DNA of 46,153 bases from a virus. The notes under the pieces are model-generated. The model searched no databases. It had not been told where the DNA came from and saw nothing but the letters and a program-made list of their open reading frames with translations. Positions 45,776 through 46,153 of this stretch are shown in pieces. The stretch's first letter is position 1. Every line of letters starts with the position of its first letter. The position numbers and the translations under genes were made by a program. The DNA is taken from UHGV virus genome UHGV-0219331; one strand, given 5' to 3'.

Positions 45776-46094
45776 TCCCTGCTCCTTCCCCGGCCCACTC
45801 CCTCACCTGCTTTAGCATAAGGGCATCATAGTCCGTATCCCTCTGGTCAAAATTGTGGAACTGGTTCTTTGGACTTGTTGCTACAGCCTTATCCTTTCTC
45901 TCTTTGCTCTGCAGATAAAGCGTTTCAAACTTCTCTCTGAACTTTCCGGCGCTCCGGATGTTACTTCTCCAAAAGGGGCTCTTGATAGCATAATCAAGGG
46001 CCTGCTTTATCTGCTCTCGGCTCCGCTTATCCAGACGCTGCATCCGCTCTATCTCCATTGCCCATTTCTGCCTCTCAGCATTTGTCCCTGGCAC
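45747..46094 (-). CDS. Hypothetical early protein
   Basis: 115 aa, basic, helical. Confidence 0.4.
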   Translation of the reverse strand: MPGTNAERQKWAMEIERMQRLDKRSREQIKQALDYAIKSPFWRSNIRSAGKFREKFETLYLQSKERKDKAVATSPKNQFHNFDQRDTDYDALMLKQVREWAGEGAGNEGNTPEDT

Positions 46095-46153
46095 CTTGGC
46101 ATTGGGCAGCTGCTCAAGGATGGATTTTATCAGTCTATCAATACATACTGCCT

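Noticed and set aside
1-46153. CRISPR arrays, rRNA genes or IS elements
   Set aside because: There are no short direct repeats with unique spacers, no rRNA-like conserved stretches and no transposase-like ORFs or terminal inverted repeats.
1-46153. Interpretation of the whole window as a single prophage carrying its own recA
   Set aside because: Two unrelated integrases converge on recA, recA has host-type LexA boxes and its own terminator, and the two arms have different architectures (lambdoid early region versus PBSX/Mu-like late region). Two elements flanking a host gene fits better.

Overview
This 46 kb window is almost entirely temperate-phage DNA from a Firmicutes/Clostridia-type host. 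The host assignment rests on Cheo-type LexA boxes, GGAGG ribosome-binding sites and choline-binding-like cell-wall repeats. The window has three parts. (A) Positions 1-9531 are the right arm of one prophage. The early/recombination/replication operon is on the minus strand: replisome organizer, a frameshifted RecT, DUF1351, YqaJ exonuclease and small Zn-finger proteins. It is followed by a divergent Cro-like/CI-like (S24 peptidase) switch with three recognisable operators, a Zn-ribbon membrane moron and a tyrosine integrase carrying the same N-terminal Zn-ribbon. (B) A host-type recA (9882-10895) keeps its sigma-A promoter and two LexA (Cheo) boxes. A small Zn-ribbon gene and a bidirectional terminator follow it. 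(C) From 11166 to beyond 46153 lies a second, PBSX/Mu-like contractile-tail prophage, all on the minus strand. Read leftward it carries early genes, an ArpU/RinA-like late regulator, an initiator-type tRNA-Met, terS/terL, portal, a MuF head-morphogenesis protein fused to a RelA/SpoT-like toxin domain, protease/scaffold, capsid, sheath/tube, a frameshifting tail chaperone, tape measure, baseplate and two fibre genes. It ends with holin, an NlpC/P60 endolysin, an XRE-regulated moron island and a tyrosine integrase. The most notable locus is a multi-cassette tail-fibre shufflon at 17584-20809. Six crossover sites sharing a conserved ~13-bp core, five silent C-terminal cassettes and an embedded Rci/XerC-like tyrosine recombinase could generate six receptor-binding variants. 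A second unexplained signal is a perfect 16-bp palindrome GTTGCGATATCGCAAY present five times across both prophages.
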